Source: an uncultured delta proteobacterium (GTDB taxonomy: Bacteria; Myxococcota_A; Polyangia; Polyangiales; Polyangiaceae). Taken from it: a DNA stretch of 64,000 nucleotides. The stretch lies in contig CAWJCS010000005.1 of assembly GCA_963841435.1 (NCBI GenBank), forward strand, positions 1,504,001-1,568,000. Direction: 5' to 3'. Position 1 is the first letter of the stretch, and every line of letters starts with the position of its first letter. Positions 8,673-17,679 of the stretch are shown piece by piece. Below the pieces are notes generated by a model. The model saw only the letters and a program-made list of their open reading frames with translations, searched no databases and was not told the origin of the DNA. The position numbers and the translations under genes were made by a program.

Positions 8673-10355
8673 ATGTCCGACGCGGAGCCGCTTCCCGACG
8701 CGACCCGACGCGAGCTCCTCGCCATGCTCGGCGCGGGAGCCGCCATCACGCTCGGCATCGGCGCTTGCTCCGGAAGCTGCCGGCGCGGTCGACGCGCAGG
8801 AGGCGAAGCGTCGAACGCCGCTCAGATCGCCGCCGTGCTTCCGGCGTACCACCCCATCAAGTTGCTCGAGCCGGAGGTCCCGGGAGAGGGTCCCATCCCC
8901 GATGGGTTCTTGAGTTACCCGAAGACGAAGTTCGCGCGCGTGATCAAAGAGAAGCCGGGGCTTCGTGGACCTCAGATCCGATCGATGACGCCGTGGTGGG
9001 GACCGGTCGCGCCGGGTCTGGGTCGTAACGCGTACCTTGCCGCGATCAACGCCGAGCTCGGCGTCGAGATGAACCCGATCATCCAGGACGGCAACACGTA
9101 CGGCGACAAGCTGAGCGCCGTGCTCGGCGCGCGGGACGTGCCAGATCTGCTCTGCGCGCCCTCGTGGGAAGTGGATAAAATCCCACGCTTCTCGCAGGCG
9201 GTGAAAGCATTGTTTGCGGATCTGACCGAGCATTTAAAAGGGGAGAACGTCAGCACCTACCCGATGCTCGCCACCCTCCCGACCGCCTCCTGGCAGCACT
9301 CGGTCTGGGGCGGGAGGCTCGCGGCGATCCCCTTCCCAACCGACGGACCTTTCCCGTGGGGGATGTTCTACCGCAAGGACCTCACCGACGCGGCCGGGCT
9401 CGAGCCGCCCGCGACGATCGACGAGCTCTATCGGTTCGGGAAGAAGGCGACCGACCCGAGCCGCGGCGTCTGGGCGTTCGGAGACACGTTCGAGATGATC
9501 CAGATGTACTTCAAGTGCCCCGGTTCCAAGGGCGGCTGGGGGCGCAAGCCGGGCGGCGGGCTCGAGTTCAAGTACGAGACCAAGCAGTACCGCCAGGCGG
9601 TCGAGTTCACGGCACGGCTCTACAAGGAAGGGTTCGTGCACCCGGACATGGTCGCGTCGAGCGGCGCCGACGCGAAGCAGCTCTTCAAGTCGGGAAAGAT
9701 CTTGATGCAACGCGACGGCATGGGTGCCTGGCGCGGCATGCAGAGCGAGCAAGTGAAGATCAAGCCGGACTTCGACATGCAGCCACTGCCGGTTTTTTCC
9801 GCGGTCGGCGGTGATCCGCTGGTCTGGGGCAGCAACAACCCCGTCTTCTTCACTTTCCTCAAGAAGGGCCTCGGTGAGAAGCGAACCCGGGAGCTCCTCC
9901 GCGTGTTGGACTGGTGCGCGGCGCCCTTCGGCAGCTTCGAGTACGAGCTCAACCTCTACGGCGTGGAGGGCCAGCACTTCACACGCGCTGCGGACAACAG
10001 CCCCATCCCCACGGAGCTCGGCCGAAAAGAGATTGTCAATCAGTTCGAGTTCATCAGTGGGCGCGCCCCCGTCCTGGTCGGAACGGACGACGTGCCGCAC
10101 TTCGTCCGCGACCTCATCGCGTACTCGAAGGCGACCGCAAAATACATGGAGCGTGACCTCTTCGAGGGCATCAAGCTCGAGTTTCCGGCGAGCTACTCGT
10201 CCGTCATCGTCAGCACCGAAGACAAGATCCGCGACGTGGTGCGCGGCCGCCGGCCACTCTCCGACCTCGACGAGATCGTGGAAGAGTGGCGCCGCACTGG
10301 TGGTGACGATGGGCGGGCCTTCTTCGAGAAGGCCCTGAGCGACAACGGCCGATGA
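8673..10355 (+). CDS. Carbohydrate ABC transporter substrate-binding lipoprotein, Tat-exported (LplA-like)
   Basis: TRRELL twin-arginine motif plus IGAC lipobox; FYRKD, YGVEGQHF and EWRRTGG. First gene of the ABC operon. Confidence 0.88.
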   Translation: MSDAEPLPDATRRELLAMLGAGAAITLGIGACSGSCRRGRRAGGEASNAAQIAAVLPAYHPIKLLEPEVPGEGPIPDGFLSYPKTKFARVIKEKPGLRGPQIRSMTPWWGPVAPGLGRNAYLAAINAELGVEMNPIIQDGNTYGDKLSAVLGARDVPDLLCAPSWEVDKIPRFSQAVKALFADLTEHLKGENVSTYPMLATLPTASWQHSVWGGRLAAIPFPTDGPFPWGMFYRKDLTDAAGLEPPATIDELYRFGKKATDPSRGVWAFGDTFEMIQMYFKCPGSKGGWGRKPGGGLEFKYETKQYRQAVEFTARLYKEGFVHPDMVASSGADAKQLFKSGKILMQRDGMGAWRGMQSEQVKIKPDFDMQPLPVFSAVGGDPLVWGSNNPVFFTFLKKGLGEKRTRELLRVLDWCAAPFGSFEYELNLYGVEGQHFTRAADNSPIPTELGRKEIVNQFEFISGRAPVLVGTDDVPHFVRDLIAYSKATAKYMERDLFEGIKLEFPASYSSVIVSTEDKIRDVVRGRRPLSDLDEIVEEWRRTGGDDGRAFFEKALSDNGR

Positions 10356-11338
10356 CCTCCGCCCAAGCCACCCTGAAAAGCCCGGGCGATGGCCGCACGC
10401 CGGCGGCGCGCAGCCGCCTAGCGGCGCGCTTCCGGCGTGATTGGCCGCTGCTCGCCATGACGGCGCCCGCGGCCCTTTTGCTCTTGATTTTCCACTACGT
10501 GCCGACGCTCGGCAACGTGATCGCGTTTCAGGACTACAACCCCTTCGAGGGCAAGGACGCGCTCGAGGCGTTCTTGAAGAGCGACTGGGTCGGCGTCGAC
10601 AACTTCATCACACTCTTCGAGCAGCCGGCGTTCTGGGACGCGGTCGTCAACACGCTCAGCATCACGCTGTTTCAGCTGGTGTTCTTCTTTCCGCTGCCGA
10701 TCTTCCTCGCCATCCTGCTGCACGGCCTCGCATCTCAAAAGCTCCGGGGCTTCATCCAGAGCGTGGTGTACCTGCCGCACTTCTTCAGCTGGGTGCTCGT
10801 GATCACGTTCTTCGTGCAGATGCTGGGCGGCGCCGGGCTGCTCGCACAACAGATGCGGGGCGCAGGGCTCGAGCCCTGGGAGCTGATGAGCAAGCCCGAT
10901 ACGTTCATCGTGCTCGTCACCGCAGAAGCGGTGTGGAAGGACGTGGGCTGGGGCTCGATCGTCTTTCTGGCAGCGCTCTCGGCGATCGATCCGACGCTGT
11001 ACGAGGCCGCCGCTGCCGACGGCGCTGGGCGCTTTCGCAGGCTCTGGCACGTCACGCTGCCGGGTCTGAGACCGGTCATCGTGCTGCTTTTGATCCTGCG
11101 GCTGGGCGACGCGCTCAGCGTCGGCTTCGAGCAGTATCTTTTGCAGCGCGAGGCCGTCGGTCGGCAGGCGGCGGAAGTGCTCGACACCTATGTCTACTAC
11201 CAAGCGATCGTGCCACAGCAGTGGGGCCTCGGCGCGGCGGCGGGCCTGTTCAAAGCCGTCGTCGGGCTCGTCTTGATCCTCGGCGCGAATCGCCTGGCCC
11301 ACGAGCTCGGCGAGCAAGGCGTGTACTCGAAGGCATGA
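10352..11338 (+). CDS. Carbohydrate ABC transporter permease (LplB-like)
   Basis: YLPHFFSWV and EAA loop LYEAAAADGAGRFRRLWHVTLP. ATGA overlap with the SBP gene. Confidence 0.93.
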   Translation: MTSAQATLKSPGDGRTPAARSRLAARFRRDWPLLAMTAPAALLLLIFHYVPTLGNVIAFQDYNPFEGKDALEAFLKSDWVGVDNFITLFEQPAFWDAVVNTLSITLFQLVFFFPLPIFLAILLHGLASQKLRGFIQSVVYLPHFFSWVLVITFFVQMLGGAGLLAQQMRGAGLEPWELMSKPDTFIVLVTAEAVWKDVGWGSIVFLAALSAIDPTLYEAAAADGAGRFRRLWHVTLPGLRPVIVLLLILRLGDALSVGFEQYLLQREAVGRQAAEVLDTYVYYQAIVPQQWGLGAAAGLFKAVVGLVLILGANRLAHELGEQGVYSKA

Positions 11339-12261
11339 GCGATATCGCCGCCACCCCGCGCCGCGCCACGCGTCCAATCTGGGAAGAGAAGCCGTCCCCG
11401 GCACTCGTTTTCGGCAAGGGGGTGGCGCTCACGTTGGCCGTCCTGGCGGTGCTCTTTCCGATGTGGTCGATCCTGGTCACGAGCCTCGCTTCGCGAGAAA
11501 CCATCGATGCGGTCGGCGGCATGGTGGTCGTGCCCCGCGAGCTCGATCCCTCCGCCTACTTCACGGTTTTCTCCGGCGGGCAGGTGACGCGCGCCGTGGC
11601 CGTGAGCTTGATCGTCACGCTCGTCGGGACGGCGCTGAGCCTGACCTTGACCGTGCTCGCCGCCTACGGGCTGTCGCGCCCGGGCTCGCTGTTCCATCGC
11701 CCGCTGCTCTTCTATTTCCTGCTCACGTTCCTCGTCTATCCGGGACTCGTGCCAAGCTACCTGGTCGTCACCGGCCTCGGCCTCAAGAACAACCTCCTCG
11801 CGCTGGTCCTGCCAACGGCCGTCAGCGTTTTCAACCTGGTCGTGATCCGCTCCTTCTTCATGGGCATCCCGTCGGAGCTCTTCGACAGCGCGCGCATCGA
11901 CGGCGCCACGGAGTGGAGCATCCTGTTTCGCATCGCGCTCCCGCTCTCCAAAGCGGTGATTGCGGTGGTCGGGCTGTTCTACGCGGTCGGCTACTGGAAC
12001 GTCTATTTCAACGCCGTCCTCTACATCGACGACGGCGATCTCTGGCCGATCCAGCGCGTGCTGCAAAGCTACATCCTCGCGGGTCAGTCACCGGCCGTGA
12101 CGGGTGCGGCCGTCAGCCTGCCGGGCATCACCGCCTACCCGCCGACGCTCGCCGTGAAGATGGCGGTCGTCGTGGTGACGATCGTTCCCGCGCTCATCAT
12201 CTACCCCTTCGTGCAGCGTAACTTCACGAAAGGCGTGATCGTGGGCGCGGTCAAAGGCTGA
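11335..12261 (+). CDS. Carbohydrate ABC transporter permease (LplC-like)
   Basis: ELFDSARIDGA loop, YAVGYWN and YPFVQRNFTKGVIVGAVKG. ATG 11335 overlaps the previous stop. Confidence 0.93.
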   Translation: MSDIAATPRRATRPIWEEKPSPALVFGKGVALTLAVLAVLFPMWSILVTSLASRETIDAVGGMVVVPRELDPSAYFTVFSGGQVTRAVAVSLIVTLVGTALSLTLTVLAAYGLSRPGSLFHRPLLFYFLLTFLVYPGLVPSYLVVTGLGLKNNLLALVLPTAVSVFNLVVIRSFFMGIPSELFDSARIDGATEWSILFRIALPLSKAVIAVVGLFYAVGYWNVYFNAVLYIDDGDLWPIQRVLQSYILAGQSPAVTGAAVSLPGITAYPPTLAVKMAVVVVTIVPALIIYPFVQRNFTKGVIVGAVKG

Positions 12262-12334
12262 GCGCGCGCGCGCTCGGCGGCTTGCGCTCGAGCCGAAGCC
12301 AACACTAGGCTCGCGACCCTTGGAGCACGAGTCG

Positions 12335-13201
12335 ATGAAGCTGCGAGCAAGCGGCTTCGAGCTGCACGCCGACGTGTGGGAGGGCGGTCCGGCCGACCCC
12401 GTGCTGCTCCTGCACGGTCTCGGGGGCAATTCCGTCACCTGGCACGGCGTTGCGCCGATCCTGGCTCGCGACCTGGGCGCACGCGTGCTCGCCGTCAACC
12501 TGCCGGGGTTCGGCAGCTCGCATCCGCAGGGCAAACCGCTCGGGTACTCCGTACTGTTCGACGTGGTCGCGGATTTGCTCCGTCACCAGGCCCCGAGCGG
12601 CGCGTCCTTCCACGTCGCCGGCAACTCGCTCGGTGGGCTGCTCGCTCTCAACGCCGCCGCCGTTCTCCCCGAGCGGGTGTCGAAGGTCACGCTGGCCGCC
12701 GTGTCGTTGCCGCTCGCGTGGGGTCGGAGCCTCGGGGAGCTCGTCGCGCTCGAATCGTACCTGCCGACGGCGCTGCCGTGGCTCGGCCGCCGGCTCGTGG
12801 CGCGTTACATGCGCTCGCTCGGCCTGCCCGGCGTCGTCGACGAGCCCGTGCGGTGGCTGTTCGGCGACGCGGCACGGCTCGACCCCGAGCTGAGGCACCG
12901 CATGCTCGAAGTCTCGCGCTATCGGCTGACCTGGGTCGAGGAGGCGGCTCGCGCCCTCGAAGAAACGACGCGCGGCCTCGGCGTTGCGCTCCTCAAACCC
13001 GATCGGGCGGCCCGCTGGATCCGCGACGTCGCGTGCCCGGTGCGAGCCATCCATGGCACGCGCGATCCGATCTACCCGTCAGGCGCCTGGCGTTACCTCG
13101 AGCGCGTGCGGCCCGATTGGCAGCACATCGGAATGCCGGATATCGGTCACGTGCCCCAGCTCGAAGCGCCGACCGCGTTCGCGCGCCACATGCTCGCCTA
13201 G
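12335..13201 (+). CDS. Alpha/beta fold hydrolase
   Basis: LLLHGLGG, NLPGFG, GNSLGG nucleophile, HGTRD and GHVPQLEAP. Alternative TTG start at 12320. Confidence 0.9.
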   Translation: MKLRASGFELHADVWEGGPADPVLLLHGLGGNSVTWHGVAPILARDLGARVLAVNLPGFGSSHPQGKPLGYSVLFDVVADLLRHQAPSGASFHVAGNSLGGLLALNAAAVLPERVSKVTLAAVSLPLAWGRSLGELVALESYLPTALPWLGRRLVARYMRSLGLPGVVDEPVRWLFGDAARLDPELRHRMLEVSRYRLTWVEEAARALEETTRGLGVALLKPDRAARWIRDVACPVRAIHGTRDPIYPSGAWRYLERVRPDWQHIGMPDIGHVPQLEAPTAFARHMLA

Positions 13202-13254
13202 TCGGCCGGGGCGAACCGGCACGGTAGACGCGATGGCGGCTGGCCGACGGGCGC

Positions 13255-14586
13255 TCACTTCGCGGGCGCGGGTCCACAGCGGGCTTTCATGCGCTCGGGT
13301 GTGAACAGGCTAGCCACGGAGCGGGGCAGGCGTTGCACGCTCGAGACGAGCCCCGCGTCGCCTCCGCCGACGCGATTGATGAACTCCCAGACGACCTCAC
13401 CCGCGGGGTCAACCTCGAATGCCCGCCCCCCGAACGCCTCCGTGATCAGCAAGTTGCCGTTGTCGAGCCACTGATGCTTGCCCATCTTCGACGTGAAAAA
13501 CGGGTGCTCGCGAGACCCGCGGAAAACGACGTGCTCGTTGCCGTCGGGCGCAGAGACTTCGACGATCTCGCTGGCTTGTCGCTGCTTGGGGCCGCCGTGG
13601 TTGTTGTTGACGAACACCGAGATGGTGTTGCCGTCCACGAAATCGGGATCGTGCTGCGCCACCAGCCGGCCGATCGACTCGAACTTCACCTTGAGCGTCT
13701 TGGCGTCCAGCACCATCACCGTGTGGACGTCCCTGAAGGAGACCATGATGTCGCCCCGCTGAAAGAAGCCGGGGGTCATCTTGCCCGAGAAGACCTCGAC
13801 GTCGTTCAGGTGCAGCGAAGTCCCCCCCATCTTCGGATCGGGAACGTAAGGCGCCCGCATCAAGAGCAGGCCGTAATATCCCTGGTCCCAGAGCTCCTTG
13901 AGCAAGGAGATCTCGCGCAACACTCGGCCGTCCTGCGACACGTGGAGGACCATCTGCTCGGGGAACGGCGGGTTATAGCCGGGCAGCCACGGCAGCCGGT
14001 CGAGGTGCCACTTCTTGCCGGGGATCCAGAGCGTACCGTCGTCGTCAACGTAGATCGAATGGTGCGTGAGGTAGGGCAAGCGCCAAACGGCGTGATCGCA
14101 CGGGTCCAAGCGCACCAGACCCAGTCCCTCGTAGTTGTAAATGAGGTCGCCATTTTCCGCGAGGAACGCGCCGTGGATGAGCGTGCCGGGCTCGGTCTGT
14201 GGGCGGGCGCCCTCGGGAATGTGCTTGGCGTCGGGCCAGATTTTGAACCAGTCCGGCTTCCACTCGTGGATGACGCGCTGATCCATGTCCATCAGGCGCA
14301 CGGACAGCTGGTTGTCGGCAACGACGCCGGCAACCAGGTTCACGCCGTCCTGCGTCCGCTTCCGCGCGTCCGCGGCGAGCGGTGTCGGCTTCGGCGCGGG
14401 GAAGTAGTGGACGGGCTTGCGCATCAGCGTGATGAGGGTCTGGCGCCCGGCCTCGAGCAGTGGATACGGAAACCAGTGGCGGACGGACGAGACGTAGCCG
14501 TACCCGACCGACACGACGACGAGGCCGACCATGAACGCCGCTCGCGACAGACCCTCCGCGCTGACGCGCTTGAGAAAATGCTGCAC
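13255..14586 (-). CDS. Arylsulfotransferase (ASST)-family beta-propeller protein
   Basis: N-terminal TM anchor; THHSI, HLNDVE, QHDPDF, QWLDNGNLLITE and EVVWEF. Confidence 0.8.
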   Translation of the reverse strand: MQHFLKRVSAEGLSRAAFMVGLVVVSVGYGYVSSVRHWFPYPLLEAGRQTLITLMRKPVHYFPAPKPTPLAADARKRTQDGVNLVAGVVADNQLSVRLMDMDQRVIHEWKPDWFKIWPDAKHIPEGARPQTEPGTLIHGAFLAENGDLIYNYEGLGLVRLDPCDHAVWRLPYLTHHSIYVDDDGTLWIPGKKWHLDRLPWLPGYNPPFPEQMVLHVSQDGRVLREISLLKELWDQGYYGLLLMRAPYVPDPKMGGTSLHLNDVEVFSGKMTPGFFQRGDIMVSFRDVHTVMVLDAKTLKVKFESIGRLVAQHDPDFVDGNTISVFVNNNHGGPKQRQASEIVEVSAPDGNEHVVFRGSREHPFFTSKMGKHQWLDNGNLLITEAFGGRAFEVDPAGEVVWEFINRVGGGDAGLVSSVQRLPRSVASLFTPERMKARCGPAPAK

Positions 14587-14899
14587 GATACTGCCTCAGC
14601 ACGGCCGAGGCGCGGAGCCAAGCCCCGAGGTATAGCGGAGTTGCGCGTTAACTCAGCAGCACCGGCCGGCGAGCTGGAACGGCTGCCCAGCTCGTGGCGC
14701 AAACCGCCCCCCCGGGTACCCGCTTGGCACGCGCTTCCTGCGCCTGTTCGAAAGAATCGCGCGGGCGCCCTGCGTGCCCGAGCCCGAGCTCGTCGTGGCT
14801 CTCGACGCGCGGCGCGAGCTGTCGCACTTCAGCGGATCGGCGCTCGGCGCGCGCTCGGCAAAACCACGACCATGACCTCAGGCGACGCGCGCCGCCGGC

Positions 14900-17509
14900 T
14901 CAGCGCACCGACGCCCCCGCCCCGAGCACGCGCAGATCGAAGCAGCGCACGGCCCCGCCGCTCCAGGTGACGCCGAGCTCACCCCGCTTTCCGCGGCGCG
15001 CCCGCGTGTCGAATTGCACGGTTTGCTCCCAGAGCCACGGGGGCTGTGTGGGGAAGTTGGCGAGCGGCGCACCATCGAGAACGACGGCTATCCGGCCTGC
15101 GCCGTTCTTCGGGGTGTCGTAGTCGAGCGCGAGAAACGAGCCCAGCTCGAGCTCGGTGGCGAGTGTCACGGCTCCGACGGGGGGCGCCGTCATGCAGAGG
15201 TGGATGCCCCACACCTCGGACTGGACGGCCGCTGCCGTCAGCGTGTGCGGACCGCAATGGAAAACGAGGGGGGCGGAGCGTTCGCAGCGCTCGCCTGCCA
15301 GCGAAAGCTCGGGCCCGGTGAGACCATGGAAGATCGACTCCTCGGAGAGCAGGCGCGCGCGTGTCCGCGTGCGAAGAGCCACGCTGCCGACGAGCAGAAG
15401 CAGCGTGACGATCAGCGCGTAGCCGATCGAGCGACGGTGCCGCACGAGCGCCTGCGCCGCACGCTCGACAACGTCCGGCCTGCGCCGCATCGCGAACGAG
15501 GCGCCGAAAAAGACCGGCAGCGATGCGAGTGATGCGAAGAGCCCGAGCCAGTCGGCCGGGCGACGCACGTACTCGAACACGACCTCGCCGTCCGTCACCG
15601 GAACCTCCATCAAGATGGGGTACTCGTATTCTTTGACGGCAACGGTGGTGATGGGAAGGACCGAACCGTGCTCGCTCGCTTGCCACCGCGAGTAGCTCGC
15701 GACGTGCAGCTTGAGGCGGGTGCCGGGTGACGTCCCCGAAAGCGCGATCCTGATCCGCTCGGCAGAAAATTCCAAGAGCCGCGCGTGTCCCGTACCGACG
15801 AGGGTGAAAGGATCCGGGCGAAAGTCGCGAAACTCGTACACCCAGAGGCTGCCGAAGCGCCGGGAAAACACGAGCTCGGGTGCGGACGCCGGCTCGGTCG
15901 TGACGACGTACTTGACCGAGAGCGCCCGGTAGAGGTCGAGGTCGTCCGCCATGGGAATGCGGCGGAAGATCTGCGCCGGCGTCGTACCCAGCTTGTAGAT
16001 GGGCGTCCGGTCGTAGACGGGCAACAGCGTCGGAAGGTGGTTGCCGCGCCAGACCTTGTACACGATGCGGTAGAGCCCGGGCGTCTCGTTTCGCACCTGG
16101 CGCGACCAGCGGAGGAGCGCCTCGTAGTCGTGCCAGTGCTCGATGTCGTCCTGTCCCTTGATGGGAAACGAGAGGTCTTCTTCGTAGATCTTGCGAGCAC
16201 CCGGGACCACGAGGCCCGCGGCGGCGACCAGGAGGATTGCCGCCCCGAGCACGCGCCCGACACTGCCGGCGCCTTCTCGCTTCGTCGTCGTTTCACGCCG
16301 GCGCGAGGACAGCGCGACGAGCGACGTGACTGCGTAGGCCGCGAGCGGGAACCAGACGAGCTTCGCGACCACGAGCAATCGGTTGACCTCGAGCTTGACG
16401 AGCGCGGGAAAGGCCCGCTCGAGGTGAAGGTCGGAAAAGATCGTGTTCGAGGCGAGAAACAGACAGACGAGCGCTGCGCTCGCGCAGAAGAAGCCTCCCG
16501 GAGCCTTGCGGCGCAAGGCCAGGTAGCCGCCGCCCAGCGCCAGGAAATGAACGACGGGCCATTGACCCTGAAAGCTCTGCCCGAAAAAAAAGCGCTGGCC
16601 GACCACAGCAAGCGACTCGTGCATCCAGCCGAGGTCCAGCGTGTCCTTCGTGTGCGAAAAGAACGGGATCAGGAAGAACCCGGACAGCCCGAGCCCCAAG
16701 CCCAGCGCAGCAGCAGCGCTCGCGAAGCGACGAGCCGGGGGCGGCGCCGCGCGCAGGGCATGGTCGAGAAAAAGCAGCGGAACGAGCAGCGGGAACGCGA
16801 CGATCGGCAGCGCGTGCGCAAGGAGCGAAAGGGCGAAGTAGAGCCCCGCGAGAAACACGTCGCGCACGCCCGCCCCACCGAGCACGCGGTCGAGGCGCAC
16901 CAGGGCGAGCGCGAAAAGCGCCATCGAGAGCGTCACGGGCCAGACGCCCCAATACGTGTGCCACTCCCAACCGCCCTCGAGCTGGCCGCCGCGATCGAGC
17001 GTCATGAGCACGGCGGCAAGCACGCCTGCCGTTCTCCCGAAGAAGTGCCGCGCGAAGCGAAAGGCCGCATAAGCCTTCAGCAGCATGAGCCCGGCGAAGG
17101 CGACGGCGTAGCTCCTCGCCCACGACAGCATGCCGAGGAGCGCGTAGTGAAACAGCCCGACCCAAACCTCACCGCCCGGCGGCACGAGCTCGTCGGAGGG
17201 AAAGCCGAAACCCCAGTAGTTGCTCCAGCCCCGGAGGCGTCCGCTCGGAAGGAGCTCGGTCCAGAAGTGCCACGCTTTGAAGACGTGCGTGAAGTGGTCG
17301 TACGTGAGCGGGATCTTGCTGATGATGCCAGGGGCGAGCAGCAACGCCGGAAGGAGCGCGAGCACGAGCGCCGCGATCTCCTTGCGGCGGTCCGAGGCGA
17401 ACAACGCGGGAACCGTGCGCCACGCGGCTTCGAGTCGATGGCGGAGCGAAGGGGCGCCCCCGGTCGGGGTGCGCTCGTCGGAAGCGCCGGGCGGATCCTC
17501 GGCGGCCAT
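14900..17509 (-). CDS. Large polytopic membrane protein, PTPS-related/YfhO-like (GT-C fold glycosyltransferase candidate)
   Basis: About 12-14 TM segments. First loop has DHFTH and GWSNYWGFGFP; soluble domain has LSVKYVV. Confidence 0.7.
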   Translation of the reverse strand: MAAEDPPGASDERTPTGGAPSLRHRLEAAWRTVPALFASDRRKEIAALVLALLPALLLAPGIISKIPLTYDHFTHVFKAWHFWTELLPSGRLRGWSNYWGFGFPSDELVPPGGEVWVGLFHYALLGMLSWARSYAVAFAGLMLLKAYAAFRFARHFFGRTAGVLAAVLMTLDRGGQLEGGWEWHTYWGVWPVTLSMALFALALVRLDRVLGGAGVRDVFLAGLYFALSLLAHALPIVAFPLLVPLLFLDHALRAAPPPARRFASAAAALGLGLGLSGFFLIPFFSHTKDTLDLGWMHESLAVVGQRFFFGQSFQGQWPVVHFLALGGGYLALRRKAPGGFFCASAALVCLFLASNTIFSDLHLERAFPALVKLEVNRLLVVAKLVWFPLAAYAVTSLVALSSRRRETTTKREGAGSVGRVLGAAILLVAAAGLVVPGARKIYEEDLSFPIKGQDDIEHWHDYEALLRWSRQVRNETPGLYRIVYKVWRGNHLPTLLPVYDRTPIYKLGTTPAQIFRRIPMADDLDLYRALSVKYVVTTEPASAPELVFSRRFGSLWVYEFRDFRPDPFTLVGTGHARLLEFSAERIRIALSGTSPGTRLKLHVASYSRWQASEHGSVLPITTVAVKEYEYPILMEVPVTDGEVVFEYVRRPADWLGLFASLASLPVFFGASFAMRRRPDVVERAAQALVRHRRSIGYALIVTLLLLVGSVALRTRTRARLLSEESIFHGLTGPELSLAGERCERSAPLVFHCGPHTLTAAAVQSEVWGIHLCMTAPPVGAVTLATELELGSFLALDYDTPKNGAGRIAVVLDGAPLANFPTQPPWLWEQTVQFDTRARRGKRGELGVTWSGGAVRCFDLRVLGAGASVR

Positions 17510-17679
17510 GCTCAGGTCGGCGCGTGACGAAGGGCGGGCACGGCCTGATCGAGACTAGTACGAAATCTGGGAGGTAAGTCGCCGGGTGCCCCGTGCTCGC
17601 CCACGCGTGCCCGAAAGGCGCCCCGGACTCGGGATGCGGGCCAAAGCGCGCTCCCTTTTCGACTCGTCCCTCGAAGCGT

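Noticed and set aside
14725-14742. TTGGCACGCGCTTCCTGC resembling a sigma-54 promoter
   Set aside because: The -12 GC is at the wrong spacing and the element points away from any + strand gene.
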